From Octopus vulgaris (Eukaryota): a stretch of 64,000 bases of DNA. How positions within the stretch are numbered: position 1 is the first letter of the stretch; each line of letters starts with the position of its first letter. The notes beneath the pieces are model-generated. The model saw only the letters and a program-made list of their open reading frames with translations. It was not told the origin of the DNA and did not search any database. Shown one piece after another: positions 12,778 to 26,202 of the stretch. The stretch lies in NCBI GenBank assembly GCA_951406725.2, contig OX597823.1:102052001-102116000 (forward strand). The letters are read 5' to 3'. Position numbers and translations under genes: made by a program.

Positions 12778-13812
12778 GTATCGAAGTAATAAAAATCTAC
12801 TAAATAATCGTCTAGAGTTAGGTTGTCTTGCATTCATTCAACAATTAGAACTTTTAAATATTTTAAATAGAAATTTAAGGTTTTCCTACTTTTTCTAACT
12901 GTAACTTTTTAATATAATAATATGAGATATACTATACCAACCTCTAATTTACTTTTATAGTCAACTAAATTAACCTCACTTTAATCAGGAAATTGCATCT
13001 TTTCCCAAATCTATTCTAATTTTATCATTTAATATCATTCCCCCAGTTATAAAATACATACCTACTATAAATTAGATGAGGTTTTGTTCCCCTACCCTTT
13101 GTAAAAGAATTTAATTGACCTCTGGATATTGACCTAGATTTTTTCTCACCACATAAAAATAAATAGCTTTCTGTTCTAGTGATAACCTTGAATTCCCTTC
13201 ATGTATTTTTTCTGCAACTAACTTAAACCCCTTTTACAGCTTTCTCTCACATCCCCTTACCTAAATTCCTACTAAAAATTCTGATGGCTTTCAGTTGTAA
13301 GTAAGGTTTGGTCAGTTTAGTAGCTGACCTCCTACCTCATAGTCTCCTAAGAATTTAGTGATTCTTCTACACTGACCTAAATCTTCTGTCACCACATAAA
13401 TAGATTGACCCTTTGTTCTAGTGACAATCTGTTCTTCTTTTACACTTCCTGAATTTTTCCCCTTCTTTTCTTCAACTAACATGATTTCTTGACCTGCCCT
13501 TACCCCCATTCTTATAACTAAGGAAACTTTCTTACAACAGTTAGTTGTGAGCAAAGTTTTGGTCAGGTTGGCATCCTAACTACACTACCTCATGTTCCTG
13601 AGATTCATATCTACATCTTTATCTGTATATTTACCCTCCCTAAGATGTTATTAATTGATCTGAGAACTTTATATTATTGGAAAACCTATATAAAATTAGC
13701 TGAAGATTACGCGGCATATTAAATCTGCTGTAATATTTACAGCTTTTAATAAAATGTTGTAGTATGAAACAATTGTACTAAATTACCGGATCTATTCTTG
13801 TTGCTTAATTTT
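12778..13812 (+). mobile_element. Inverted 3' segment (pseudo-LTR) of PLE 1
   Basis: 12778-12809 and 13510-13812 are reverse complements of ~10743-10774 and 10442-10744; begins with the ORF end YRSNKNLLNNRLEL. Confidence 0.85.
13693..13784 (+). ncRNA. Type-I hammerhead ribozyme motif in PLE pseudo-LTR (second copy 10470-10561, minus strand)
   Basis: CTGAAGA (13700-13706), long stem II, GAAA (13766-13769), palindromic stem III ACAATTGT, GUA cleavage triplet, stem I ttag/ctaa. Confidence 0.7.
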
Positions 13813-13913
13813 GATTATAATCACCCCGCATATTTTTATGGATAACACCATAAAAAATTCTGGTGCATCTAAATTAAGTGCCATATTCATTTGAATCAAA
13901 ATTGTTTGCTGAA

Positions 13914-13964
<51 letters not shown>

Positions 13965-14310
13965 TCGTAAAATCTGGTAAGCGTGTATGTGTGTATACAC
14001 ACATGTATATACATATATATTAGATAGATAGACATATACATACATACATACATACATACATACATACATACATACATACATACATACATACATACATACA
14101 TACATACATACATACATACATACATACAAGGAAAACAGTAGAGGGCTTTTTATAATACAAGAAAGGAATAAATTTAGTAAACGTTCCATAATTTAGGTAC
14201 AAAGGTCCATCCTGAGAAGTAAACAGTCAAGAATGCCAATGTCCATTTAAATACCAGTCATAGGCGCGGCCGCACATACTCATCCATTATAGTAAAGCGC
14301 TTTGTGCATT

Positions 14311-14370
<60 letters not shown>

Positions 14371-14377
14371 TGTGTAT

Positions 14378-14811
14378 AGGTGCAGGTGTAGCTGTGTGGT
14401 AAGCAGTTTGCTTCTCAACCAAATGCTTCCGAGTTCAGTCCACTGCGTGGCACCTTGGGTAAGTGTCTACTATTGCCTAGGATCGACCAAAGCCTTGTGA
14501 GTGGATTTGGTTGACGGAAACTGAAAGAAGCCCTCCGATACATACATTCATACACACATACATGAATACATACTTAGATGTGTGTATGTGTATCTGTGTA
14601 TGTGTTTGTGTCCTACCACCTTTTGACAACCGGTGTTGGTATGTTTACATCCCCATAACTTAGTGGTTCGGCAAAAGATATCGATAGAAAAAGTACCAGG
14701 CTTTAAAAAAAATTACTGGCAGTCGATTCATTCAACTGAAATTCCTCAAGGCAGTGCCTCGGCATGGCCTCAGTATAATGGCTGAAGCAAGTAAAAGACA
14801 AAGATAAAAGA
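14378..14811 (+). mobile_element. tRNA-derived SINE, family A (older copy)
   Basis: Homology to family A. Confidence 0.85.
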
Positions 14812-14970
14812 TTGATGCATTCATGCATGGAGTGAGTGAGTGAGTGAGTCAGTGAGTCAGTGACTGACTGACTGACTAATTGACTGATTGACTGATTGAT
14901 TCTGTCTATAATTTTCAAATATAAGAAAACGCGAATGGTTGGAAATAAAAAGTGGAATATAAAAGGTGGA

Positions 14971-15075
<105 letters not shown>

Positions 15076-15077
15076 AA

Positions 15078-16400
15078 AAAAAACAGGAGAGTACGGTTTG
15101 TAACGAAGACTGAACTCAACGGTGCAAGCAACATAGAAGCCATTAACACTCTTGCAGTACCAATCGTAGCTTACAGTTTGAATATAATCAACTGGCAAAT
15201 GAGAGAAATAAAGAAGCTAGACTCTTTATTTATAACTACTATCCATGGCCCGAATGAACCACCCAAAGGCGGCCGTGAACAGGATTTATTTACCGAGAAG
15301 CATGGGAGGAAGAGGACTAACTCAATTAGAATTATCTTACAAAACTACCACTGTAGGATTAAATACATATCTTGAGCTGCCAAAAGATCTTCTAAGGAAG
15401 CTTGTGCACCAGCATGATAAAGCAAAGAAGCTATACTCGGTATACAAAGAATCTGTACAGTTTAAGAAACAACTGATGACGGAGGAGCCTAGGATGAAGG
15501 CGAGTGAGAAAGTAACCCAGTTTGCTAAAAGAGTTAAGGAAGAGATGAAAAGACAATCCCAGAAGAAGAGTAAAGAAGAATGGCTAGAAAAACCGATGCA
15601 TGGCCGATACCCATGTAGAGTGAGCAAACAAGACGTAGAAAAACGACACAATCGTGTATGGATGAAGAGCTCAGGACTGAAGGCTGAAACCGAAAGTTTT
15701 ATCATAGCAGTACAAGATCAAAGCTTGGCAACCAGGGCTTATAACAACAAAATAATGAACGATGGCACTGGCCGGAAATGCAGAATGTGTCATGAGCAGG
15801 ATGCACAGCGCTTGCAAAGGCCAAATATATTCATAGACACGATAGAGTAGCACAAATATATCAATTGAAAGAGTGTAAACACTACCAACTTCCAACTTCA
15901 GAAAGATGGTACCAGTATAAACCTGAAACTGTGAATGGAAAAGATGATGTAACAGTACTCTGGGACATGCCAATCAACACCGATAAAGAAATCAAGGCAA
16001 ATAGGCCGGACATAATCATCAAAGACAGGAAAATAAGAAATGCTTATTGATAGATGTGACAGTACCATCCGAGAGAAATGTGTCTATTAAAGAAGTTGAG
16101 AAGTTATTTAAGTACAAAGACCTGGAAATAGAAGTGACCAAGATGTGGGGAATGAAAAGCAGCACAGCACCAGTGGTGATTAGAGCGTTAGGGCTAATTA
16201 AAAAGGGGCTTGATAAGCAGCTCAACAAACTCTTTTGCAGTGTTAACTTGGGAGAACTTCAGAAAATAGTGTTGCTAGGTTCCGCACACATTTTACGCCG
16301 TGTACTCTCCATGAGATGAGGACCAGCTGTGACTCTAGGGTCAAGAGATGACCCCGGTTCAGCAGAAGACAACGGACCAAGACAATGGTGCTGAACGAAA
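15078..16400 (+). mobile_element. R4/Dong-like RLE retrotransposon, second subfamily, 5'-truncated and disrupted
   Basis: KTELN..N...AINTLAVP, HPKA..NRIYLPRSMGGRGL, QDQSL.TR, CRMC, NRPDIIIKD...IDVTVP...KLFKY; protein similar to but nucleotide-divergent from the 16680-20584 element; preceded by (AAT)n(AAG)n. Confidence 0.87.
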
Positions 16401-16605
16401 CACCCATGTTTCCAGAGGTGAATTATTCAAAACCCAAAGAATTCCTCTCGTCACATAGCGATTATGCCCCCCCCCCCCCACTACTTCTACCCGTGATCAG
16501 AGATGCACATATCGTCAGCCACTAAGGAACATGCTCAACTAGTTAAGGTTAAACAACTGACAAGCAAATCTGTGGTATTGAGCAGAATATTTACTGTAGT
16601 CCATC

Positions 16606-16677
<72 letters not shown>

Positions 16678-16679
16678 CA

Positions 16680-19600
16680 TTCAGTAGTTTTATTTTTATA
16701 GCGTGCTTTCAGTTCACTACCGAGCGCAGCTCTGTGTGCCTTAGGTATGTGCTGTGATTTGTTGTGATGCTCTGATGGTTATTGTATGGAAAGTGTTCTG
16801 CGTAGGATGTGTGCAGTGCCTAGTAGTGCAATTTTATGTATGTTATATGTATTTGTAAGTCCTGGTGTTTTTGTTATGTATTTGTCTGAATATTTTTTTA
16901 TCATGCCTAATGCACCTACTATGATAGGAATTGTTTCTGTTTTTAGATTCCACATTCTGGTTACCTCTATTTCCAGGTCTTTGTATTTTGAAAGTTTTTC
17001 CATTTCTTTTAGAGACACGTTGTCATCTGCCGGTATTGATACATCAATTAGAAAGCATTTTTTTCCTTCATGCTCTCTGACAACTATATCTGGTCTGTTG
17101 GCCTTAATTTCTCTATCTGTGTGTATCGGCATATCCCAGAGTATGGTTGCTTTCTCGTTTTCTGTGACCTTTTCTGGTGTGTGCCTATACCATCTTTTTT
17201 CTGTTATTATTCCATAATGTTGGCATATCTTCCAGTGTATGTAGGTTCCAACTCTGTCATGTCTGTGAGTATATTCCTTCTTAGCCAGGACTGGGCAGCC
17301 AGAGATAATATGATTTATTGTTTCTTGTCCATCTCCACATATTCTGCAGTTACTTGTTATATTTCTTTTCATTACATGCTTTTGGTAATTTCTGGTGGGG
17401 AGGCTTTGGTCTTGTGCTGCAATTAAAAATCCCTCTGTCTCTGCTTTGAGTCCTGAGCTTCTCAACCATTGCTGGGATTTTTCTTTGTCTATTTCTTTTG
17501 CGTTTAGTTTAGTCCAGTATTTACCATGAAGGGGCTTTTCTTGCCATCGTTTTATCATGGTTCGTTGCTGTTTATCATGGTTCGTTTGTTGTTTCTTCAT
17601 CATCTTCTTCTTCTTCTTCATATTTATTAGGTGGTATGATTTCTTGTTTGTATTTGTTAGCTTCCTTGAATACTGAGAACAGTTTTTTGTTTTGCTCGTG
17701 TTTTGCCGCTATTTGTATCAGTTTTCCTTCCTTCTGAAGTAGATATTTTTGCAGTCCTATGGTGGTTATTTTATAATAGTTTTCCAGCTTTATAAGGCCT
17801 CTACCACCTTCTATACGTTGTATATATAGTCTTTCTATGTCAGATTTTGGGTGATGCATCCTAGATCCTGTCATTATTTTTCTTGTTTTCCTTTCTATTT
17901 TGGTCAGTTCATTTAGTGTCCAGTTAAGGATATTGTAGCTGTAACTTATAACTGGGACAGCTAAGGTATTAATACCTATTATCTTGTTTTTAGCATTGAG
18001 CTCTGTTTTTAGTATTGATCTAACTCGTCTATAATATTCTTTTTTAATTTTCTCTTTCATTTGTGTGTGTTGTGTCTTATCGAGTTCATGGATTCCTAAG
18101 TATTTGTAAGTTTGGCTTTGGTCTAGTTCTTTTATTTCATTGGTTTTATCTAGTGTGATGTTGCTACTCTTAACTAGTTTTTCTCTTTTCAGGGTTACTT
18201 TGGCGCATTTTTCTAATCCAAATTTCATATCTATTTCTTTGGTAAATCCATGAACTGTCTTTAATAGTGTTTCCAGCTGTTTGTCATTTGCAGCGTATAG
18301 TTTTAGGTCATCCATATATAAAAGGTGGCTGATCGTTTTGCCGTAATATTTATATCCGCATCCGTTTCTATTTAGCATATCAGATAGAGGTGACAGTGCC
18401 AAGCAGAAAAGGAGTAGAGAGAGCGTGTCTCCCTGGAATATTCCTCTTCTAATGGGGATGGCTTTGGTTTTCATGAGTCCCTCTTTTGTTTGGAGCTGTA
18501 GCACTGTTTGCCATTTATTCATAGAGTGCCCTATGAATTTTATAATTGTTGGCGCCACTTTGTTAATGGCTAGTGTTTCGAGGATCCATGTGTGGGGGAT
18601 GCTATCAAACGCCTTTTTGTAGTCGATCCAGGCCATACTGAGGCCTTTCTTCTTTCTATGGCTGTCTTCAGTTATGGCTTTATTAATCATTAGTTGATCT
18701 TTACAGCCATATGAGCCTTTGCGGCATCCTTTCTGCTCTTCTGGAAACAGGTTGTTTTCGTCCAGGTGCTTGTTCAACCTTTGCGATATTACTGCAGTAA
18801 ATGCCTTGTACATTGTAGGGAGACAGGTTATTGGTCTGTAGTTTTCTGGTTTTGCTGTCTCATTTGATTAGGGAATTAAGATGGTTTTCCCCTTCGTGAG
18901 CCATTCAGGCATTGTCTCTGGCTCTGCTAGTATGTTGTTAAAGTTTTCAGCCAGCTTTTTGTGCATTCCTGTTAGATATTTCAACCAGAAGTTGGGGATC
19001 TTGTCATGCCCAGGTGCCTTCCAGTTGTTTAGTCTTTGCGGTGCCTGGGTAACCTCTTCAGTTGTTATAGGGGTCCAAAGTTGCTCAGATGCTGAGTTTG
19101 TTGTTTTAATACTCCTTTTCTTTGGTTGTTCGTTCGCCGACCATATTTCTCTCCAGAATTCTTCCACTTCTTCTGCCGTTGGTGCTGCAGTGATTTCTAT
19201 TTTATTTTTGCCAAGTTCTTGGTAGAACTTTTTGGGGTTGGAGTTGAACTTTTTGTTTTGTTCAAAGAAGCGCTGGCGTTTATCGTACCGGCGGATCCTT
19301 TGTGCTTTGGCAAGGACATCTTGCTTCAACTTTTCTTTTATCTCAGGTAAGTCTTTTTCTGTGATGTTATATTTGCGGAGTATTTTCGTTTTCTTCTTGT
19401 TGCTCAGTAGCGTCGATTGTCTACTGATTTCATTAAGAATCGACAGATCTTTTCTCATTTTTTTGTATTTTGTTTTGGATGTTATTTATCCACAGGGTTT
19501 TTTTGGGTGGTGGTACTCCTGTTTGGATGGGTTTGAGTGAGTATCCAGCTTCTTTTGTTGCTGCAGTGGCTGCTGCGTATACTAAGTCATTTAGTTCAGT

Positions 19601-20584
19601 GATATCGCTTTTTGTTTCAGTGGTTATTAGTTCCGTGACGGCTAGGTTTATGCTGTTTATAATTGGTGTTGTTTCGTCTATTTTGATTTTTGGGAGGTAT
19701 GGTCGGTGGTCCATTTTGAGCTCTGTGGTTTTCAGTTCTTTGATTATTTTACTTTTTATATTATCATAATCATTAGGCTCCCCTTCGTTGTTTCCAGGTT
19801 TTAGATTTGTGTCGCTTTCTTTCTTATTTATATGTTTGTTTGCAGTGTTTTGGCTTGCTGTTTGTCGTGTATTATTATGCATCCTTACGGTCTGGGTTTG
19901 TTGTTTTTTGTTTACATCGTGTTTGTTGGGACTGTTACGTTTGTCTTCGTGTTTTACTGTTTCAGTGTTTATATTATTGGGCATTGTTGTGTGGCTTCTA
20001 TCTACATTTTCCTGGTGTATTTTTTCTTTTGTTGTGAAGTATGCGTGTAGGATAGAAATGTATTCCTCACGGTCCATTTATGTCTTTTGGGTTTTATTTG
20101 CGGGACATGAGGAACAACGTCCGGCCCATTATTTGACGGTCGTCATTTTCGTAGGGTACCGGTCCGTTCATTTCTGTTGTCACATTGTTTTGCACGTGTA
20201 GTTTTTCGTACATTTTGTGTTGTAAGTTTAAAGTACGTACTTCCCGATTGTTATTCTTGGGCTGAATAATATCGGTGGTATTTAATTTCTTCGTAGTTTT
20301 TTTGTACATGGTGTTTGGGGTCGGGGATGATCTGGTGTTGATGGATCGTAATGTATCACGCATGTTTACATGTGTTGTGTTAGAGGTGGAGATGATATCG
20401 AGTTAAAATACATAATTTCGTTTCGAAAATAGTAATAAATTTCAATGAGCATTACTTACTCGGATATAGTCCAATCCTTTGTTAGTAAATTGTTGGCTCC
20501 ATACGATGTCTTTGTTTTCGATGTTTGTGGATAGATTTCGGAGCTCTGTTTTATCGTTCTTACATCTTAAACGTCCCCCGGTGT
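16680..20584 (-). mobile_element. R4/Dong-like RLE non-LTR retrotransposon, near full-length, inactivated
   Basis: One long ORF broken by frameshifts (~20080, ~19445, ~17590) and an in-frame TAA at 18868-18870. Motifs: KAPGHD, YRPITCL, EEQKG, WIDYKKAFDS, GIFQGDTLS, HLLYMDDLKLY, CRIC..ETINHIISGC zinc knuckle, RHD, PD-(D/E)xK nuclease. (TAA)n at both ends. Confidence 0.93.
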
Positions 20585-20595
20585 TATTATTATTA

Positions 20596-20656
<61 letters not shown>

Positions 20657-20941
20657 GATTATTATAATTACTAGTGCATCCGATTGTCCGAGAATTGGTA
20701 AAGTATTAGACAAAATGTTTGTATGGCATTTAATTGAGTCCGTTTGCATTTCAGGTCGAATCTCACAAAAGTCAACTTTGCGTTTAATCTTTTCGGGTTT
20801 GATAAAATAAAGTGCTGGTCAAAAGTTTGGTTCGACGTAGGCAGCTACACATTACCACGAACCTTGTACCCGTGTTCGAAATCCTTACTGCGTTCATTTA
20901 ATGAATTGGCAGAATCAACAGAGCGTCAGACTAAATACTTC

Positions 20942-21368
20942 AGGCGTAGGAGTGGCTGCAGGCACAGGAGTGGCTGTGTGGTAAGTAGCTTGCTTACCAA
21001 CCACATGGTCCGGGTTCAGTCCCACTGTGTGGCACCTTGGGCAAGTGTCTTCTACTATAGCCTCGGGCCGATCAAAGCCCTGTGAGTGGATTTGGCAGAC
21101 GGAAACTGAAAGAAGCCCATCGTATATATTTATATATATATATATATGTATGTGTGTGTATATGTTTGTGTCTGTGTTTGTCCCTCCAACATCGCTTGAC
21201 AACCTATGCTAGTGTGCTTACGTCCCCGTAACTTAGCGGTACGGCAAAAGAGACCAATAGAATAAGTACTAGGCTTACAAAGAATAAGTCCTGGGGTCGA
21301 TTTCCTTGACTAAAATAGGTGGTGCTCCAGCATGGCCACAGTCAAATGACTGACACAAGTAAAAGAGT
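20942..21368 (+). mobile_element. tRNA-derived SINE, family A
   Basis: Homology to family A; short duplicated head segment. Confidence 0.9.
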
Positions 21369-22519
21369 ATTTAGTTGCTGCTCTTTACATGCTGAGTTCA
21401 AATCCTACTTTGTCTTTGATCCTTCTAGGAGTGATTCAAATATTATACCAGTCAAGAACTGGAATCGATTTAAACGACTGACCTGTTCTTCTAAAATTGC
21501 TGGCCTTGTACCTAAATTAAGACCCAATTTTGCTTTTCAGGGTAAATAAAGTACCCATTAATCACTGGCATTAATGGTGTCGCCCAGCCGTCTCCTCTCA
21601 GAATTGCTGACCTTCTGCCCACACTGGAAACAACTATTACCATTATTGCTAGTGCCGACGCGGATCTTAAATTTCTTCCAACCATTTGATTTTTTTTTTA
21701 ATTTTCACCAGATTATTTTCCAAAAATGTAACTTTGATGCAGCTTTTCACGCAGGTGACGAAAATCGCATTCATTTTCTAGAAATTGATAATACAGAAGT
21801 TACTAGTATTTAAAGTTATGTCATTTTAGCCAATCGACAGCGTCTCTTGCCAACATATCGTAGGTCAGTATCAGTATACAAAACTACATCAGAACAAAAT
21901 TTGGAGGGAATAATCTAGGGAATAATTTGGTAGTTGGAAGAAATTTAACAAAATCCGCCGCTGCTGTAACTGCGAGTACTTTGTTGTTTGTCGTTGTTCT
22001 TGTTCTTGTTGCTTATCTTATAATCATCTCATTGTATGTGCTGCACTTACGAAAGTTTCACAAATTAGCAACGTGAAGAGAAAGAAAAACAAACAAAAAT
22101 AAAAAGAGAAATGCTAACAACTCCCTTCCCGCTCCCGAGAAATCTAAAATGTTGAAAACAGGATAAATAGTTATAAGAGTTTTAAAGATAAAATGAAAAG
22201 GCTCGCAAACGGTGACCTTAGTTGTAAAAAAATCAGCAGAGAGCATCATCTCAAGTTGAACTCCAATCTCCACCCACGTATAGTGATGTGACCCAGTTTC
22301 AACTAAGTACGGAGATATGTTACAGATTACACTTTCATCCTATTTTAGAAAAAATCTAGATTCATTCAGAATAAACAACGTTGTTCGTGTAAGGGGCGGA
22401 CGTTGACAAAATTCACGACAGAGGAACACACACACACACACACGGATATGTACAATATTATGTACAGTATATATAAGAATGTCTATGATTCACAAATATC
22501 TACCCATCTGTTTCAATAT

Positions 22520-22560
22520 CTTTGTCTGTCTATCTATCAGTCTATCTGTCTGTTTGTCTG

Positions 22561-22626
<66 letters not shown>

Positions 22627-22696
22627 CATCTATCTATCTGTCTGTCTATCCGTCTGTCTGTCTATCCGTCTGTCTATCTGTTTGTCTATCTGTCTG

Positions 22697-22772
<76 letters not shown>
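22520..22772. repeat. (TCTA)n/(TCTG)n microsatellite
   Basis: Direct reading. Confidence 0.97.
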
Positions 22773-25560
22773 AGGAACGAAGGTGTTGGAGCCGCGAGAG
22801 AGGCCCGGGTGGCAGAGGCGCAACAGGGCAACAAAGCCACCATTCGGTCCTTGGTAGATGAACAGGGGCGCGAATTGCTCGAGCCAAGTAAAATGTGTGA
22901 GGCCTTTCAGCAGCATTTTGCCCGACTGTTCGGGACGAGTGGAGGGCAAGAACGTAGGGTGGACTTCAGTGCCTACCTACATAGCCTACCACGACTCTCG
23001 ACAAGAAAGGCAGGGTGCTGCGAAGGTGCCATCACGGCGGCGGAAGTGCAGGACGCGATGGCAGAATGCTCGAGGGACAAATCACCGGGTTTGGATGGTC
23101 TACCCTACGAGCTTTACAATTGTATGCCAGACTTGTTTGGAGATCTCTTGGCGGCGGTGTACTGCAACTGGCAGCAAAACGGGAGCATTCCTGGTTTTGT
23201 GAGCCGAGGAGCCGTAACACTGCTGAAGAAAGATCTAAACAAGGGAAATGTAATAGATAACTTTAGGCCCATCACTCTGCTTAATGCAGACTTGAAAATT
23301 TTGGCCAAGGTGCTAGCCAAGAGGTTGGCGCTTGTCATCGAGAAACTGGTCGACAAGGCGCAAACATGCGCCGTGCCGGGCCGGACCATCCATGACAACT
23401 TCCACCTGATGCGCTACATCATAGACAGGGTAGTTAACGAACCTGGCATGGGTGGGGCGCTGATCAATTTGGATCAATCGAAAGCTTTCGATAGGGTAGA
23501 CCATCGGTACTTGGAGGCGGTCCTCAGAGCGACTGGCTTCGGTCCCGTCTACCGCGGCTGGATAGCCGCTTTGTACAGAGGCATCCGTTCGGTAATTCGC
23601 ATGAATGGACATCTATCGAGACCCTTCGACATCGCACGTTCGGTCCGTCAGGGATGCCCCCTCTCGTCGCTTCTATACGTATTGACTCTCGAGCCATTAT
23701 TGCGGAAGCTGGCAACTTTGAGGGGCATCCCACGAGAACTGGGATGCGGGACGAGCGTGTCTGCATACGCGGACGACGTCATCGTCATAGTGTCAAGCCA
23801 CGAGCACATCGAGCAGGTCGGCGAGACACTGAAAAACTACGAAGCGGTGACAGGAGCGAAAATCAACCGGGAAAAGTCAGTGGGCTTGCGACTAGGCACC
23901 TGGAGAAGCAAGCCCATGCCGTCCACCAGCGCCTCCGTCGTGGGACGTTGGACCGACGGCCCGGTTGAGTTGCTCGGGGTCTGGTTTGGTCCGGACCTCC
24001 AAGTGGAGAAGAACTGGAACGAGATAACGAGTAGGGTGGTCACTCTCGCCCGGCAATGGGCCGAGAGGAAACTGTCCCTAAAAGGTCGGGCGGAGGTGGC
24101 GAACACGTACATCGCGTCCGTCATCTACTACCGCCTGACCGTCGTACCTTGTCCCGACCCTACCATCACCAAACTACAACGCATTCTCTTTCGCTTCTTG
24201 TGGAAAGGATGCGTCCCGATGGTCAGGCGATCCATTTGCTGTCAACACCCGTTAAAAGGAGGGCTGGGCATGCCGTGGTTGATGATGCGCAGACACGCGC
24301 TGAGACTGCGACATCTCTGGCTCTATGTAGACGACGGTGAACAGGTGTGGTCGCCGTTTGTGAGGCACGCTTTCCCGCAGCTCGTCTCCATGACCGAACT
24401 GCAGTCGTGGATCAAAAAGAGGCCGAGGATGGGCGAATGGCACCGCGAGTGTCGCGTTGCTCTCAAGCAACTCTGCGGTCCTGGGTCGACCTTGAGTGAC
24501 TTCAACACAACCAAAGCATTCTATAGGGGATTAGTGGAGGGGAGGTACGACGACGAGCTCGGGGCGAACCTGAACGTCGACGGGGAGTACCTGACCCGCC
24601 TGTTCAGGACGACTTTCGGGCCAGGGCCCATGGACAACTTCAAGAGATCCCTGGCCTGGCAGTGCTACCGAGAAGCGCTACCCGTTCGGGATAAGCTCTA
24701 CAGACACGGCTCGAGAAACACGGGGCCGACCTGCCCGAGATGCGGTCAGAGCGACGAAACCGTTCTGCACGCACTCGTGCAGTGTCCAACAAATTTCCGA
24801 CCTGTGGTCTTATGTCGAACAACTGCTGTCACGTGTGGGACGAGTCGGTTTATCAGCTGAGTCTATCGTCAATATTGTCACGCCTCCTTCCTTCAAACGG
24901 GAAGGAAGAGCTATTTTCATCATCCTTGTGGCTATGGCGAAAGAATGTATCTGGTGGACGCACCTGAAAGGATTGGAGACAAACACTTTCCTCTCTGGTT
25001 AAAGAGGAAAGTGAAAGTAGAGAGGCAAGTTTTGTCTAGCGAATGTTTTAAAAAAAGATGGGCGAATGTAGCAAGGATGGCACGTATGAATGACGAAGCC
25101 ACCTTGAGCATAATCCTATGAACCCAGAAATTGAAAACAGAGGGTTACCCACTTGCAAACAAATGTGGTAACATATAACAATATTGACCAAGGTTACCGT
25201 GGTCTTTTTCGTAGGCTTTTCTTCCCACGGATAAACCTTACTTGCTTTCCCCTTTACACCATATATCATAACACTGTGATACACGATTCCTATTGATCGT
25301 TCTTTTTTTTCCACTTCCCCTTTTTTCCCCTTTTTTCATTTCTTTTCTCTTGTTCCTTTTCCTTTTCCTTATTTTTTTTCTTTACTCCTTTTATTTTTTA
25401 TTTTATTATTTTTTTTTTGTTCTTTTCTTCCCTTTTACGATCCCTCTTGATCGAAAACCTCCGCCACCCCCTTTTTTTGTTTTCTTCATCCCCCAAAAGA
25501 AAAGCTCTACCTTGTAACTTGTCCCATCTGTGTGCAGCCCTGTGTGGCCAATAAAGAAAC
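22770..25560 (+). mobile_element. Tx1/L1-clade non-LTR retrotransposon, 5'-truncated (RT, CCHC knuckle, 3' UTR)
   Basis: Long ORF with [55 protein letters not shown]; frameshift ~24790; T-rich 3' UTR, AATAAA at ~25550, then (TATC)n. APE domain absent. Confidence 0.93.
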
Positions 25561-25616
<56 letters not shown>

Positions 25617-25793
25617 TTATCTATACATACATACATACATGCATGCATACATACACATATACATATATACATACACACATAGGCACATATAAACGCGCGC
25701 GCGTTTATATGTGCACACACACACACACCCCTATTCGACTAATAACCCCAAAATGTGTGGCCATTTGCCTATACTAGAAATATCAATTATCGT

Positions 25794-25866
25794 TGCTGCT
25801 GCTGTGGCTGCTGCTGCTGTGGCTGCTGCTGCTGTGGCTGCTGCTGCTGTGGCTGCTGCTGCTGCT
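25794..25866. repeat. (GCTGCTGCTGCTGTG)n / GCT-rich tandem repeat
   Basis: Direct reading. Confidence 0.9.
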
Positions 25867-26112
25867 TTGATGGTGTTCCACTGCTGCTGTTATTGTTGCC
25901 ATCTTATCATCTCATTAACTCTCATTATGCATGCTACACTCGTTGAAAGTTTCATATATAATGGCAATTAAGAAAAACGAAAACAAAAACAACGAAACAA
26001 ATAATAACACTCGCGCATACGTACATACATAAACACACACATAAACACACATGCACAAACACAGATAGACAGACAAGCAGAAATAGAGAGATAGATAGAT
26101 AGATAGGTAGAC

Positions 26113-26202
<90 letters not shown>

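Noticed and set aside
12810-13511. Spliceosomal intron in PLE 1
   Set aside because: Begins with GT but has no AG acceptor in any junction register.
19126-20201. Hydrophobic plus-strand ORFs resembling membrane proteins
   Set aside because: Antisense shadows of the A-rich Dong ORF.
22479-22772. N-terminal IYLS-repeat extension of the 793-aa ORF
   Set aside because: In-frame read-through of the (TCTA)n target tract; not part of the Tx1 protein.
25711-25971. Poly-Ala and Cys-rich ORFs
   Set aside because: Translation of a GCT-rich tandem repeat; no splice or homology support.
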